From: an uncultured delta proteobacterium
Lineage (GTDB): Bacteria; Desulfobacterota; Desulfobacteria; Desulfobacterales; Desulfosalsimonadaceae
Length of the DNA stretch: 64,000 bases
NCBI GenBank assembly: GCA_963826785.1
Contig: CAWGYD010000001.1
Coordinates: 192,001-256,000 of the forward strand
Direction of reading: 5' to 3'
Position 1 is the stretch's first letter; each line of letters opens with the position of its first letter. The notes under the pieces are model-generated. The model did no database searches, was not told where the DNA came from, and saw nothing but the letters and a program-made list of their open reading frames with translations. The position numbers were made by a program, and so were the translations under genes. This document shows, piece after piece, positions 41,351 through 51,751 of the stretch.

Positions 41351-43243
41351 TCAATCCACCAGTTGCTTTGAAATGCTGATGTCACTCTTGCCGCGCAAGT
41401 AGGCAATATAGGATTCGAACAGCTGGGACTTCTTCTGGGACAGCAGCTGATTGATCACTGCGTCTTTTTCCTTGTTAAACTGTTCGTCCTCCGGGGTCTT
41501 GCGCTCCTTGTATGCGATCACGTAAAGGCCGGTATCGCCTTCCACCACCTTGTCAGAAAAAGGCTTGTCCCTGGACAGGTCAAAAGCGGCGCCGGACAGA
41601 GTTGAATCGTTTCCTATGTTGGGGATCGCCGCGCCGCGCCGGACAAATCCGCTTTCCTTGACTTCTTTGCCGTCAGCCGCGGCGGCTTTTGACAGAGACC
41701 CGGCAGTCTTGGCATCGGCCAGGAATTTGGCTGCCGCCTCTTTTGCCATTTCACGGCGTTTCTGCGCCACGGCGGCTTTGGTGACCGCGTCTTTAACGGT
41801 TTCAAATTCCGGGATCCGGGCATCCTGCTCATCCATCACCTGGATCAGGTAATATGACCCCCCGATTTCCACCACATCGCTGACTTCCATTTTCGGCAGT
41901 TCAAATACAGTCTGTGCAAATTCGGCCCCTGCCGGCATATTTTTCGGACCGCTGCGCAGGGTGAAAAAATCGGTGGTGACCATGTTGAGGCCGCGTTCGG
42001 CGGCATTATCGGCCAGTTCTTCCCCGGTAAAGGAGGCATCATAGAGGGCCAGTGCTTCGTCATAGGCTTTTGATTTGGCGGCCTGCTCCACCAGTTTGCG
42101 CCGGATGCCGTCTTTTACGGCTTCAAGGGGCTTGATCCCGGCTGCCTGCTCCCCTTCTTTTTTGATGAGGTGCCACCCGTAGCGGGTTTTCACCGGTTCG
42201 CTGATCTGGCCGACCTCCATGGAAAAGGCCTTGTCCGCAAAGGGCTTGACCATGTCTTCGCGTTTGAAGGACCCCAGGTCTCCGCCGTTGGCCTTTGAAG
42301 GATCTTCTGAATATTGCTTGGCCAGTTCGGCGAAATCCTCGCCGGCTTTGGCCTTTTCCAGAATTTTTTCAATTTCCTGCTTTTTTTCCGCAACCACTTC
42401 GGGGGTGGCTTTCGGGTCCACTTTGATCAGGATGTGGCGGGCGGAAACGGTTTCCGGCTGCTGATAATTATCCATGTTGTTGTTGTAAAATTCGGCGATT
42501 TCCGCGTCGGTGACCTCTACCTTGTCCTCGTAGGCCTTGGGATCGAAACGGAGATAGCGGGCCTTTTTCATGGGCTCGGTCTTGTATTCCTCCTGGTGGG
42601 CCTTGAAATATTCACGGGCCTCCTGATCGGAAACGGCCGGGGCTTCCACTGAGTCCGGGGCGAACTTGACGTATTCGAAATTCAGTTCACCGTTCTGCCA
42701 GTTGTACCACTGGTGGGCTTCATCTTCGCTCACCTTGGCGCCGCTGGTGACCACCGACTGGAGTTTATTGATCAGCATCTGCTCCCGCTGACCGGCCTCG
42801 AACGTCTCCGGGTTCAGCTTGTTCTGGGCAAGCACCATTTCATAGCGCTGGTTGCTGAAGGCGCCGTTTTGCTTGAAGACATCGATGTGGGTGATGGAAT
42901 CCACCAGTTCCTTTTTCGACACGCTCAAATCGTTTTCTCTCGCGGCCTGCCGAAGCAGGGCGCTGTCCACCAGCCGGTCGACGGCCTGTTTGCGGATATT
43001 GAACATTTTGAGCATATCGTCGTTCAGCTTATTTCCAAACTGCATGCGCAGGTTTTGAAGGATGGCGTTATAAGTCTGCTGGAATTCGGCCATGGATATC
43101 TTTTCCCCGTTGACTTCGGCCGCCCGGCTGTTCTTGTTGGCTTTATAACTCCCGGTGCCCACCAGGACGAAGGCCAAAACGATGATGCCCAGCAGCACTT
43201 TGATCATCCAGGAACCGGCACTTTCACGCATTTTATTCAGCAT
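41351..43243 (-). CDS. PpiD-like membrane-anchored SurA-N/parvulin chaperone-isomerase
   Basis: N-terminal TM; AAEVNGEKI; parvulin ARHILIK, FAELAKQYSED, GGDLG, TRYGWHLI. Confidence 0.9.
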   Translation of the reverse strand: MLNKMRESAGSWMIKVLLGIIVLAFVLVGTGSYKANKNSRAAEVNGEKISMAEFQQTYNAILQNLRMQFGNKLNDDMLKMFNIRKQAVDRLVDSALLRQAARENDLSVSKKELVDSITHIDVFKQNGAFSNQRYEMVLAQNKLNPETFEAGQREQMLINKLQSVVTSGAKVSEDEAHQWYNWQNGELNFEYVKFAPDSVEAPAVSDQEAREYFKAHQEEYKTEPMKKARYLRFDPKAYEDKVEVTDAEIAEFYNNNMDNYQQPETVSARHILIKVDPKATPEVVAEKKQEIEKILEKAKAGEDFAELAKQYSEDPSKANGGDLGSFKREDMVKPFADKAFSMEVGQISEPVKTRYGWHLIKKEGEQAAGIKPLEAVKDGIRRKLVEQAAKSKAYDEALALYDASFTGEELADNAAERGLNMVTTDFFTLRSGPKNMPAGAEFAQTVFELPKMEVSDVVEIGGSYYLIQVMDEQDARIPEFETVKDAVTKAAVAQKRREMAKEAAAKFLADAKTAGSLSKAAAADGKEVKESGFVRRGAAIPNIGNDSTLSGAAFDLSRDKPFSDKVVEGDTGLYVIAYKERKTPEDEQFNKEKDAVINQLLSQKKSQLFESYIAYLRGKSDISISKQLVD

Positions 43244-43627
43244 TGCGGATCAGTTTCTCCTTTATCGAAATTTACCCGAGCCCGGGCCTGTCCCGGCTCG
43301 ATATCGGGTCTATGGATGAAAACAGAAATATCCGTTTTCGCTCCGGTTAACGTTTTTTTACTCTTTTTAAAGCGAATGCGGCATCTTGTCAACACATTAT
43401 CATGGATGCCGTCACAGCAGCGCCTGAACTGACGGGCCTTTCTCCAATCCGCGGATCATCACGGCTGATACCGGACCGCCGTATTTCATCGAGTTGAGCC
43501 GAGCGCTTTCCACGGAGGGCAGATTTGAGAAACTCTGCTAAAGGGACGGCATTCATCTTTAAAGAAGTTTTTCCGCTTCGCTTTTCGTTTTACGTGGATC
43601 AACCTCGATCCAGGTTCAAAATAAATG

Positions 43628-43656
43628 TTGACAGGCAAGCCATGTTTTATTATTTT
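43628..43656 (+). promoter_or_regulatory. sigma70 promoter of tRNA-Ala
   Basis: TTGACA, 17-nt spacer, TATTTT, 16 nt upstream of tRNA. Confidence 0.6.
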
Positions 43657-43672
43657 TCTTGTTCATCCAAAC

Positions 43673-43748
43673 GGGGCTGTAGCTCAGCTGGGAGAGCGCA
43701 TGACTGGCAGTCATGAGGCCAGGGGTTCGAGCCCCCTCAGCTCCACCA
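43673..43748 (+). tRNA. tRNA-Ala (GGC)
   Basis: 76-nt cloverleaf; acceptor GGGGCTG/CAGCTCC with G3.U70; anticodon stem CATGA/TCATG, loop CTGGCAG; GGTTCGA; encoded CCA. Confidence 0.98.
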
Positions 43749-43759
43749 GAACATAAGAC

Positions 43760-43800
43760 AAGGCAGGGACGATGCAACACGCGTTCCTGCCTTTTTTATT
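43760..43800 (+). terminator. intrinsic terminator after tRNA-Ala
   Basis: AAGGCAGGGA...TTCCTGCC followed by TTTTTT. Confidence 0.8.
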
Positions 43801-43873
43801 TTGGGTGTGGGGGAGGACCGTGGTGAATCCGTTTTAAAGCGGGGGGGATAAGAAACCCCATCGTGAAAGGCGT

Positions 43874-44557
43874 CTAAATCGTTTTTTCCATCAACAGGAT
43901 GACCATCCCGGTCAGGGCCGGCACGTAAAGGTTGTCATTTACCGTAAATCTGGAAAGCCGCAGGGGGAAAAGTTCAAGCGCCATGATGCAAAACGAGGCC
44001 ACCAGGCCGATCATGAGCGGCAGGGCCCCGCCCCATCTGTCGTATAAAAGCGGAACATACGGAAACAATCCGAAAAACATGATCATGCATAAAATGAAAC
44101 ACGCCGCCGAGCCCTCGATGGTTTTTTTGCCCACGCGGATTTTGCCGATGCTGATCCCCACCAGCGCGGCCGCGCCATCTCCCCATAGGAATGTACTGAT
44201 GACCATACTCGAAATATCCGGACGATACATGAAAATGACGGAGCAGATAAGAGAGGAAAAAGCGATATACGTAGCGCCGGTCATTTTTACCGATTCTTCC
44301 CGCCGGAGCACGGTACCGAAAAGCGCACTGAAAATTTTCTGAACCCATCCCAGTCTGAACCGCGCGAGTTCCACGACAAAAAGAATCAGGGTGAAGCCTG
44401 CAAGTATCATCGTGGGATACATCCATGGTCTGATCATTTTGCCGCTGTGACTGACCACCAGAGGCATCAATGGAATATACAGGATGCCTGCCGGAATGAT
44501 GACTCCGAAAAAAAGGTGAAGCACCTTGCGCAAAATTTCTTCACGTGTCAGTTTCAT
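43874..44557 (-). CDS. dolichol/phytol kinase-like membrane protein (CTP-dependent polyprenol kinase family)
   Basis: EILRKVLH, GDGAAALVG, KKTIEGS, NDNL; start moved to ATG 44557. Confidence 0.8.
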   Translation of the reverse strand: MKLTREEILRKVLHLFFGVIIPAGILYIPLMPLVVSHSGKMIRPWMYPTMILAGFTLILFVVELARFRLGWVQKIFSALFGTVLRREESVKMTGATYIAFSSLICSVIFMYRPDISSMVISTFLWGDGAAALVGISIGKIRVGKKTIEGSAACFILCMIMFFGLFPYVPLLYDRWGGALPLMIGLVASFCIMALELFPLRLSRFTVNDNLYVPALTGMVILLMEKTI

Positions 44558-44844
44558 ACGCTTCCTGTAAAAACAATGAACGAACAAGTCGGTTTCAATA
44601 TCAATGGCTTCGGCGGCAAATTACCGCCCCGGTACCCCGATGATTGTCATAGAGCCCGCATCACTTTCCGTCAAGATCAATTTCCATATTTGCTGCTGTA
44701 TCTCCGGTAAAAAGACCTCTTTTTGCCGGGTTATGATCCATACATCCATACACCGGCGGCTTGACAGTTCGTGTCAAAATATGGAAGATGCAAATTGAAG
44801 TGCTTCCTTCTCCCCAAAACGTTTTCAATCAAAACAGAAAAAAG

Positions 44845-45039
44845 ATGACCCCGGAACAATTTTTCGATGAAGTCGAAGCCATGGGCCTGACCCAGGATCA
44901 GGTGCTTTCATGCATGAAAGCCTACAGGGATAAAGGGGCTGAAGGCGCTTCGGCCCTGGCCCGGAAATTCAAAGATGAGAATCATCGTGCGAATTGCGCT
45001 TTAAAAGAATGGACCGGCAAAGAAGGGGGCGAAGCGTAA
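44845..45039 (+). CDS. hypothetical 64-aa protein
   Basis: MTPEQFFDEVEAMGLTQDQVLSCMKAYRDKG...; gene-like codon use, weak SD; upstream of YhaO-like gene. Confidence 0.55.
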   Translation: MTPEQFFDEVEAMGLTQDQVLSCMKAYRDKGAEGASALARKFKDENHRANCALKEWTGKEGGEA

Positions 45040-45100
45040 AGAAGTTTTTCGCATAATGTAACACCAACCGAATCTTGCCATGAACCAAGGAAAGGGATCC

Positions 45101-46357
45101 ATGTTCACCTTCCTCCATGCGGCAGACATTCACCTGGACAGCCCCCTCAAAGGGCTTGAGATCCATGAGGATGCGCCGGTAGCCGCCATCCGGTCCGCTA
45201 CGCGGATGGCCTTTGAAAACATGATCGATCTGGCCATCGAAGAAGATGTCAATTTCGTGCTCATTGCCGGGGACCTGTATGACGGCGACTGGAAGGATTA
45301 CAATACCGGCCTGTTTTTCGTCAAACAGATGAGCCGGCTGGACAAGGCCGGTATCCGGGTGTTCATGGTTTCGGGCAACCATGATGCCGCCAGCCAGATT
45401 ACCCGGACCATGCCCCTGCCGGACAACGTGACCCATTTTCCCCACAAGAAGCCCCGGTCCGAAACCATTGAAGAGCTTAGCGTGATGATACACGGGCAGA
45501 GCTATGCCGCCCGCGCGGTCACGGAAAACCTCGCGCGGCAGTTTCCAGTGTATGACCCCGACTATTTCAACATCGGCCTTCTCCACACCTCCCTGACCGG
45601 CCGGGACGGGCACGAGGATTATGCCCCCTGCACGGCCGATGACCTCACATCCAAAGGCTATGACTACTGGGCCCTGGGGCATGTCCATCAGCGGGAGGTG
45701 GTGTCCGAAGAGCCCTGGATCATTTTTCCGGGAAACATCCAGGGGCGGCATATCAAGGAAACCGGGGCCAGGGGGGTGACCCTGGTCACCGTGGCGGATG
45801 GCCGCATTTCAAATATCGACGCGCGAAAAACCGATGTGCTTCGCTGGGCCGTTAGCCGGGTGGATCTGTCCGGATGTGAAAGGGTGGATGACATCTATGA
45901 TGCGGTTCGCCGGGCCCTTGAACAGGAATTTGACGCGGCGGAAACCAAACCCCTGGCCGTGCGCATGATTCTGACCGGCAAATGCGGCATGCATGCCGCC
46001 CTGTTTGACCGCATGCCGCAATGGATCGAAGAATTTCGCGGGATTGCTGCGGGCCTCGGCGACATCTGGCTGGAAAAGGTGGTCTTCGATACTCACCGGC
46101 GGGTCAGCCTTGAAGCGGTTGTCGGCAGGGATACCCCGGTGGCCGCCCTGCTGGAATCCATTGAAAAAATCGAGCTGGATGCCGATCGTCTCCGGGAACT
46201 GGTCCCGGATCTGGCGGTGTTAAAAAGCAAGCTGCCCCCGGAAATTCAGACCGGCACCGACCCCTTTCCGGATGGGACCGAAAATTTCTGCGAGATTCGA
46301 AAAGATGTGCGGGAACTCCTGATCGCCAGCCTGCTCCGGTCCGGGGGTGCCCGATGA
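45101..46357 (+). CDS. YhaO/SbcD/Mre11-like metallophosphoesterase DNA repair exonuclease
   Basis: ADIHLD, AGDLYD, SGNHD, GLLHT, ALGHVH; start ATG 45101. Confidence 0.92.
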   Translation: MFTFLHAADIHLDSPLKGLEIHEDAPVAAIRSATRMAFENMIDLAIEEDVNFVLIAGDLYDGDWKDYNTGLFFVKQMSRLDKAGIRVFMVSGNHDAASQITRTMPLPDNVTHFPHKKPRSETIEELSVMIHGQSYAARAVTENLARQFPVYDPDYFNIGLLHTSLTGRDGHEDYAPCTADDLTSKGYDYWALGHVHQREVVSEEPWIIFPGNIQGRHIKETGARGVTLVTVADGRISNIDARKTDVLRWAVSRVDLSGCERVDDIYDAVRRALEQEFDAAETKPLAVRMILTGKCGMHAALFDRMPQWIEEFRGIAAGLGDIWLEKVVFDTHRRVSLEAVVGRDTPVAALLESIEKIELDADRLRELVPDLAVLKSKLPPEIQTGTDPFPDGTENFCEIRKDVRELLIASLLRSGGAR

Positions 46358-49300
46358 AGATCAAGCGGCTGGACCTGATCGCATTTGGCCCGTTTACCGA
46401 TCAGCGCCTGGAATTTGATTCGGGCACACCGGGGCTTCACATTATTTTTGGCCCCAACGAGGCGGGCAAAAGCAGCTCGCTCCGGGCGTTAAAAGCCCTG
46501 CTGTACGGTTTTCCCGAGCGTATTTCGGACAATTTCATGCATGCCAGCCCGCAGCTGCTGGTGGGCGGCGTCCTCGAGCGCGCAAACGGCCAGACCCTGT
46601 ATTTCCAGCGCCGGAAAAAGCGCAAAGGCGATATCATCGATATGGACGGTAACCCCATCGATGCAAGTGTTCTCGCGCCCTTTCTGCACGGGGTGGAACC
46701 GGAAATTTTCGAGTCGCTCTACGGCATCGATCATGAAACCCTGGTCCGCGGGGGCGAAGACATTCTGGCCCAGAAAGGCGAGGTGGGACAGGCGCTGTTT
46801 GCCGCCGGCGCCGGGCTTTCCTCATTGCGGGAGGTCATCGAGGCGCTCGATAAAGAAGCCTCGGACCTGTTCAAGGCGACGGGCAAAAACCCCGAGATCA
46901 ACAGCGCCATCCGGCAATACAAGGAGCTGCAGAAAGCCGCCCGGGATGCCAGCCTTTCTTCAAAAGAGTGGAAAGACCATCGAAAGGCCCTGCAGCTGGC
47001 CCAGGGCGAGCGGGCCGGACTGGAAGCGGAGCGGGTGGAGAAAAGCAGGGAACTGCGCCGCCTGGAGCGCCTGGCAAGAGCGATCCCCGAACTGGGTGCG
47101 TTGCGCAGCCTGCAGGATCAGAAAACAAACATGGGCGATGTGATTGTGCTGCCGCCTGATTTTTCCGACCGGTATCAGCTGATCGGCCGCCAGATCCGGG
47201 ATGCCGAGATTCAGCTGGAAAAGGATTCCGGCCGGCTTGCCCAGCTTGAAGAAAATAAAGCGGTCGTTTCGTTTAACCCCGAGCTGCTGAACCATTCCGA
47301 ACAGGTGGATGATTTTCACCAGCGTCTGGGCGAATACCGCAAGGGCCAGAAGGACAAACCGGAGCGAAACGGCATGCGCATCGCCCACCGCAAGGAGGCG
47401 GCGACGCTGTTAAAACAGGTGCGGCCGGACTTGCCCCTGGAGGATGTGGAAAAGCTGCGCCCCGCCCTTGCCCGGAAGCGCACCATCCAGACCCTGAGCG
47501 CAAAATACGAATCCATCGATCAGCAGCTGATTCAAGCACAGCAGCTGCACGCACAGGCTGTCCTGGAGCTTGCGGAAGCGGATAAACGCCTGGCGGCCAT
47601 GCCCGAAAAATCGGACAGCGCTGATCTCCTGCAGGCCGTGCGGCTGGCGCAAAAGGCGGGCCAGGTGGATGAGCAGTTTGAAAAAGAGCGCACTGCAGTT
47701 CAGGAAGGCCGGAAAGACTGCCATGCAAAACTTGCGCGGCTCGGCCTGTGGGCGGGGGAATTGTCCGAACTCACGGCCCTTGGCCTTCCCCTGTCTGAAA
47801 CCGTAAAGCAGTTCGAGCACCGCTGCGGCGATATGGCCGACGCGAAGCGGGCGCTTGAAAAAGAACGGGAAAACATCTGCAAAGAGCTGACCACCGTCAG
47901 GGCCGAAGCCCGGAAGCTGTCCTATTCCGGCGAGGTCCCTTCCGAGGAGGATCTGCGCCGGGTGCGGGAAAAACGGGAGCAGGGCTGGCAGCTCCTGCGC
48001 CGGCAGTGGATCGAAAAAGAAGAGGTGGAAAAAGAGACCCGGATCTATGACCCGGCCCAGCCGCTTCCCGAAGCATATGAAGGGCAGGTGGGCCTTTCCG
48101 ATCACATTGCCGACCGGCTGCGCAGGGAAGCGGGCAGGGTGGCCGCCGGGGCCGAGCTTCGGGCCCGGGAGGAACTGCTGGAAGAAAACCTTTCCGAATG
48201 CGGCCGGAAAAAAGAGGCGCTCGACCGGGCGGAAAACGCGTTCAATACTGAATGGGCCGATATCTGGAAGCCCCTTGGCATCACCCCGCGTTCCCCCCGG
48301 GAAATGAACGGCTGGTTGTCCGAGATGGACAAGCTTCGCTACCGGGTGGGCGACATTCTGAAGAAACAACGGGAAAACGAATGCGGCCGGGACTGCCGCG
48401 ACGATCTGCGCCGTGCGCTGATCAGCGCGTTAAAAGCCATGGGCGAGGATGAGATTCCGGATGGCCAAACCCTGGGGCCGGTCCTGGTGTTTGCCGAAGC
48501 CGTCCTGGAGAAAGCCGAGCGCCGGCGTGCCGAATTGGAAAAGTGCATTGAAAGGCGTGAAAATGCGCAAAAAGCCCTGTCCCGGGCCGATGATCAATTA
48601 AAGACCGCAAAGGCGCTGCTGTCCCGGTGGCAGGCGGACTGGCGTCAGGCGATAGCCGACATCGGACTTGAAAAAGCGGTGTCCCATCACGAGGCCATCG
48701 ACATGATGGAGTCGCTGCAGAACTGCTTCGACCAGCTGAAAAGTGCACAGGATCTGCAGAAGCGCATCGACGGCATCGACCGGGACGCAGAAGCGCTGGA
48801 GCGGGCAGTGCGGGAGATATGTAAAAAAGTGACCCCGGACATGCCGGAAATGCCCGTGGACCAGGCCATCCTGGAGCTGCGCAGCCGGGTGAACCAGGCG
48901 GAAAAGCAACGCACGCTCCACGACAAGCTCACCCATGAGATCGAGGCGCTCGATGCCGAAATCCTGAAGACCGCAAACACTTTAAAGAGCGCCAGCGCGC
49001 AATTGGAAGATATTTTGAAAATCGCCGGGTGCAAAAAGCCGGAAGACCTGGCCCGGACCATCAGCCGGTCGACCGAATACCAGAGGCTGCAGCAGCAGAT
49101 CTCGGACACCGAAGCGGCCATCGGCAGGATCGGCGAAGGCGTGCCCATCGAAGCGCTCGCCGAACAGGCCGCCCGGATCGATGCCGACGAACTGCCCGGC
49201 TTGATCGATGCATTGCGGGAGGATATCGACGGGCGGATCAATCCGGAGATCATCCGGATATCTGAAATCGTGGGCGATGAGAACAGGGCGCTTGCCGCCA

Positions 49301-49875
49301 TGGACGGCAGCTCGAAAGCCGCCGAGGCGGCTGCGGCCATGGAACAGGAACTGGCCCGGATCCGGCGGCTGTCCGAGCGGTATTTGCGGGTGAAGCTGGC
49401 CTCCGGCATTCTGCAGAAAGAAATCGAACGCTACCGGGAGGAGCACCAGGACCCGGTGTTGAAGATCGCCTCCGCGTATTTTGCCAACCTGACCATAGGC
49501 TCGTTTGCCGGCCTGCGCACCGATGTGGATGACAACGGCCGCCCCCTGCTGGTCGGCATCCGGCCCGACGCCGGCCGGGTGCCCATAGAAGGGATGAGCA
49601 GCGGCACCCGCGATCAGCTCTATCTCGCCCTGCGCCTGGCCACCCTGGAATGGCGGCTGGAAACCATCGAACCCATGCCCTTTATCGTGGATGATATCCT
49701 GATCAACTTCGACGACGATCGTTCACGGGCCACCCTCCAGGCCCTGGCGGATCTGTCCGGCAAAAACCAGGTGATCCTGTTTACCCACCACGGAAAGATC
49801 CTGGAGGAAGCAAAACAGATCGGAAAAGCAGAGATCCGCATCCATCACCTCGCCATGGAAAAAAGCGTCAATTGA
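46354..49875 (+). CDS. YhaN-like SMC/Rad50-type ATPase with long coiled coil
   Basis: Walker A GPNEAGKSS; signature MSSGTRDQLYLALRLA; Walker B IVDDILINFDD; FTHH; ATGA overlap with nuclease. Confidence 0.92.
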   Translation: MKIKRLDLIAFGPFTDQRLEFDSGTPGLHIIFGPNEAGKSSSLRALKALLYGFPERISDNFMHASPQLLVGGVLERANGQTLYFQRRKKRKGDIIDMDGNPIDASVLAPFLHGVEPEIFESLYGIDHETLVRGGEDILAQKGEVGQALFAAGAGLSSLREVIEALDKEASDLFKATGKNPEINSAIRQYKELQKAARDASLSSKEWKDHRKALQLAQGERAGLEAERVEKSRELRRLERLARAIPELGALRSLQDQKTNMGDVIVLPPDFSDRYQLIGRQIRDAEIQLEKDSGRLAQLEENKAVVSFNPELLNHSEQVDDFHQRLGEYRKGQKDKPERNGMRIAHRKEAATLLKQVRPDLPLEDVEKLRPALARKRTIQTLSAKYESIDQQLIQAQQLHAQAVLELAEADKRLAAMPEKSDSADLLQAVRLAQKAGQVDEQFEKERTAVQEGRKDCHAKLARLGLWAGELSELTALGLPLSETVKQFEHRCGDMADAKRALEKERENICKELTTVRAEARKLSYSGEVPSEEDLRRVREKREQGWQLLRRQWIEKEEVEKETRIYDPAQPLPEAYEGQVGLSDHIADRLRREAGRVAAGAELRAREELLEENLSECGRKKEALDRAENAFNTEWADIWKPLGITPRSPREMNGWLSEMDKLRYRVGDILKKQRENECGRDCRDDLRRALISALKAMGEDEIPDGQTLGPVLVFAEAVLEKAERRRAELEKCIERRENAQKALSRADDQLKTAKALLSRWQADWRQAIADIGLEKAVSHHEAIDMMESLQNCFDQLKSAQDLQKRIDGIDRDAEALERAVREICKKVTPDMPEMPVDQAILELRSRVNQAEKQRTLHDKLTHEIEALDAEILKTANTLKSASAQLEDILKIAGCKKPEDLARTISRSTEYQRLQQQISDTEAAIGRIGEGVPIEALAEQAARIDADELPGLIDALREDIDGRINPEIIRISEIVGDENRALAAMDGSSKAAEAAAAMEQELARIRRLSERYLRVKLASGILQKEIERYREEHQDPVLKIASAYFANLTIGSFAGLRTDVDDNGRPLLVGIRPDAGRVPIEGMSSGTRDQLYLALRLATLEWRLETIEPMPFIVDDILINFDDDRSRATLQALADLSGKNQVILFTHHGKILEEAKQIGKAEIRIHHLAMEKSVN

Positions 49876-50034
49876 TCAAAAGGGCGAGAAGATGTTAATG
49901 TATCAGCTATAGAAAACCCTTGGGCGTTGATCTCCGCCGCAGAGGCGCTAAAAGGCGCTTTCGGGGCGGCGGCATCGTGATTTAGATGTGTGGGGTTTAT
50001 TTGCCGGACAACCATCAGCTGAGGAGGAAAAGTC

Positions 50035-51561
50035 ATGGATCTTGGAGGACTGGTTTCACGCAACGCACGCACGGTTCCTGAAAAAGAAGGGGTGATCTGC
50101 GAGGATCGCCGCTATAACTGGCGCGAGGTCAACGAACGGGTCAACACCGTTTCAAACGCCCTTCTGGCCGGGGGGTTGAAAAAGGGCGACAAGGTGGCCA
50201 TGTGGATGTTCAACTCGGACCTTTTCATCTTCACCTTCTATGGGATCGTCAAGGCCGGCGGGGTGGCCGTGCCGGTCAATTTCCGCCTGGCGCCGCGCGA
50301 GGCCGAATTCATTTTCGACAACTGCGATGCAGCGGCCCTGGTGTTCGACGACCAGTTCGCACCGGCAGTGGAGGAAATGCGTCCGCGGCTGGGCAAAATC
50401 AAGTCGGTCTACTCGGCCGGCACCGGCCGCTTCGAGGGCGCTGCGCCGCTGACCGATCTGTTTGAATCCGGTGACCGGAGTGAACCGGAGGCTCTGGTCG
50501 ACGAGTTCGATGAAAGCGAGATCATCTACACCTCGGGCACCACCGGCAGGCCCAAGGGCGCCCTGTTCATTCACCATAACCAGATGGTGGTGACCGCAAC
50601 CGTTTTGTCGCTGGTCGGGCTCCGGCCCCGGGACCGCGTCCTGCATGCCGCGCCGATGTTTCATTCGGCGGAACTGAACCTGTACATGAACCCCACCACC
50701 TATGTGGGCGGCACCCACGTGGTGCTGCGCGAGTTTCATCCCCAGAAGGCCCTGGAGCTGATCCAGAAAGAAAAGATCACCCAGTTTTTCGGGGCGCCGG
50801 TGATGTATTCGTTCATGATGGGCATGCCCGATTTCGACACCTACGATCTCTCATCGGTGCGCTACTTCGGATACGGCGCCGCGCCCATGGCGGCGGAATC
50901 CGTGCGCCAGATGATCGAAAAATTCAAGACCGACCAGTTCTTCTGCCTGTGCGGTCTGACCGAAGGCGGCCCGGGCGGAGTGGCGCTCTACCCGGAAGAC
51001 CAGATCCGCAAGGCCGGGGCCGGGGGCAAGTACATCGTCAACATGGAAACCCGCCTGGCCGATGTGTCGGGCAACACCATCACCGAACCCGATGTGGTGG
51101 GCGAACTGGTGATCAGGGGCGAAACCTGCATGCGCGAATACTACAAAAATCCCGAAGCGACGGCAAACACCATCCGTGACGGATGGGTCTACACCGGGGA
51201 TCTGGGCAAGATGGACGACGAGGGCTACATCACCCTGGTGGACCGAAGCAAGGACATGATCATCACCGGCGGGGAAAACGTCTACAGCAAAGAGGTCGAA
51301 GATGCCATCTACGAGCATCCGGCGGTGGCCGAGGCGGTGATCATCGGGGTGCCCCACCCGGTGTGGGGGGAGACGGTCATGTGCATTGCCGCCCTTCAAA
51401 AAGACAAAACATTGGAACTGGAAGAACTGCGCGAATTTTTAAAGACACGCCTGGCGGACTACAAGATCCCGCGCCTTCTTGAAATCGTTCCCGGCCTTCC
51501 CCGCAACGTATCGGGAAAGGTGCTCAAGTATCAGCTGCGCGATACCTTTGCCGAAAAATAA
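50035..51561 (+). CDS. long-chain fatty-acid--CoA ligase (ANL adenylate-forming enzyme)
   Basis: YTSGTTGRPKG, GLTE, YTGDLG, DRSKDMIITGGENVY, LPRNVSGK. Confidence 0.93.
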   Translation: MDLGGLVSRNARTVPEKEGVICEDRRYNWREVNERVNTVSNALLAGGLKKGDKVAMWMFNSDLFIFTFYGIVKAGGVAVPVNFRLAPREAEFIFDNCDAAALVFDDQFAPAVEEMRPRLGKIKSVYSAGTGRFEGAAPLTDLFESGDRSEPEALVDEFDESEIIYTSGTTGRPKGALFIHHNQMVVTATVLSLVGLRPRDRVLHAAPMFHSAELNLYMNPTTYVGGTHVVLREFHPQKALELIQKEKITQFFGAPVMYSFMMGMPDFDTYDLSSVRYFGYGAAPMAAESVRQMIEKFKTDQFFCLCGLTEGGPGGVALYPEDQIRKAGAGGKYIVNMETRLADVSGNTITEPDVVGELVIRGETCMREYYKNPEATANTIRDGWVYTGDLGKMDDEGYITLVDRSKDMIITGGENVYSKEVEDAIYEHPAVAEAVIIGVPHPVWGETVMCIAALQKDKTLELEELREFLKTRLADYKIPRLLEIVPGLPRNVSGKVLKYQLRDTFAEK

Positions 51562-51751
51562 ACAAGCCCGGACAGGACTGACCGGCCCCGGTTGAACGGG
51601 TTTGACGCTATGAAAATGATGCCCGGTGGCCGAAAATGGTTTCAAGAGACTTAACCATGACGCCTATATTCCGGGCAAGTTCCTTTCTGCAAAAACACGG
51701 CACAGCAGGGGATAATACTTTTCACGATGATTTCAGTTGAGATATTGACTG

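Noticed and set aside
48382..48396. CGRDC as a Rad50 zinc hook
   Set aside because: Cx3C spacing rather than CxxC, and off-centre in the coiled coil
49910..50000. Stem-loop upstream of the acyl-CoA ligase
   Set aside because: Imperfect, no recognisable riboswitch motif or clear U-tract; expected by chance in GC-rich DNA
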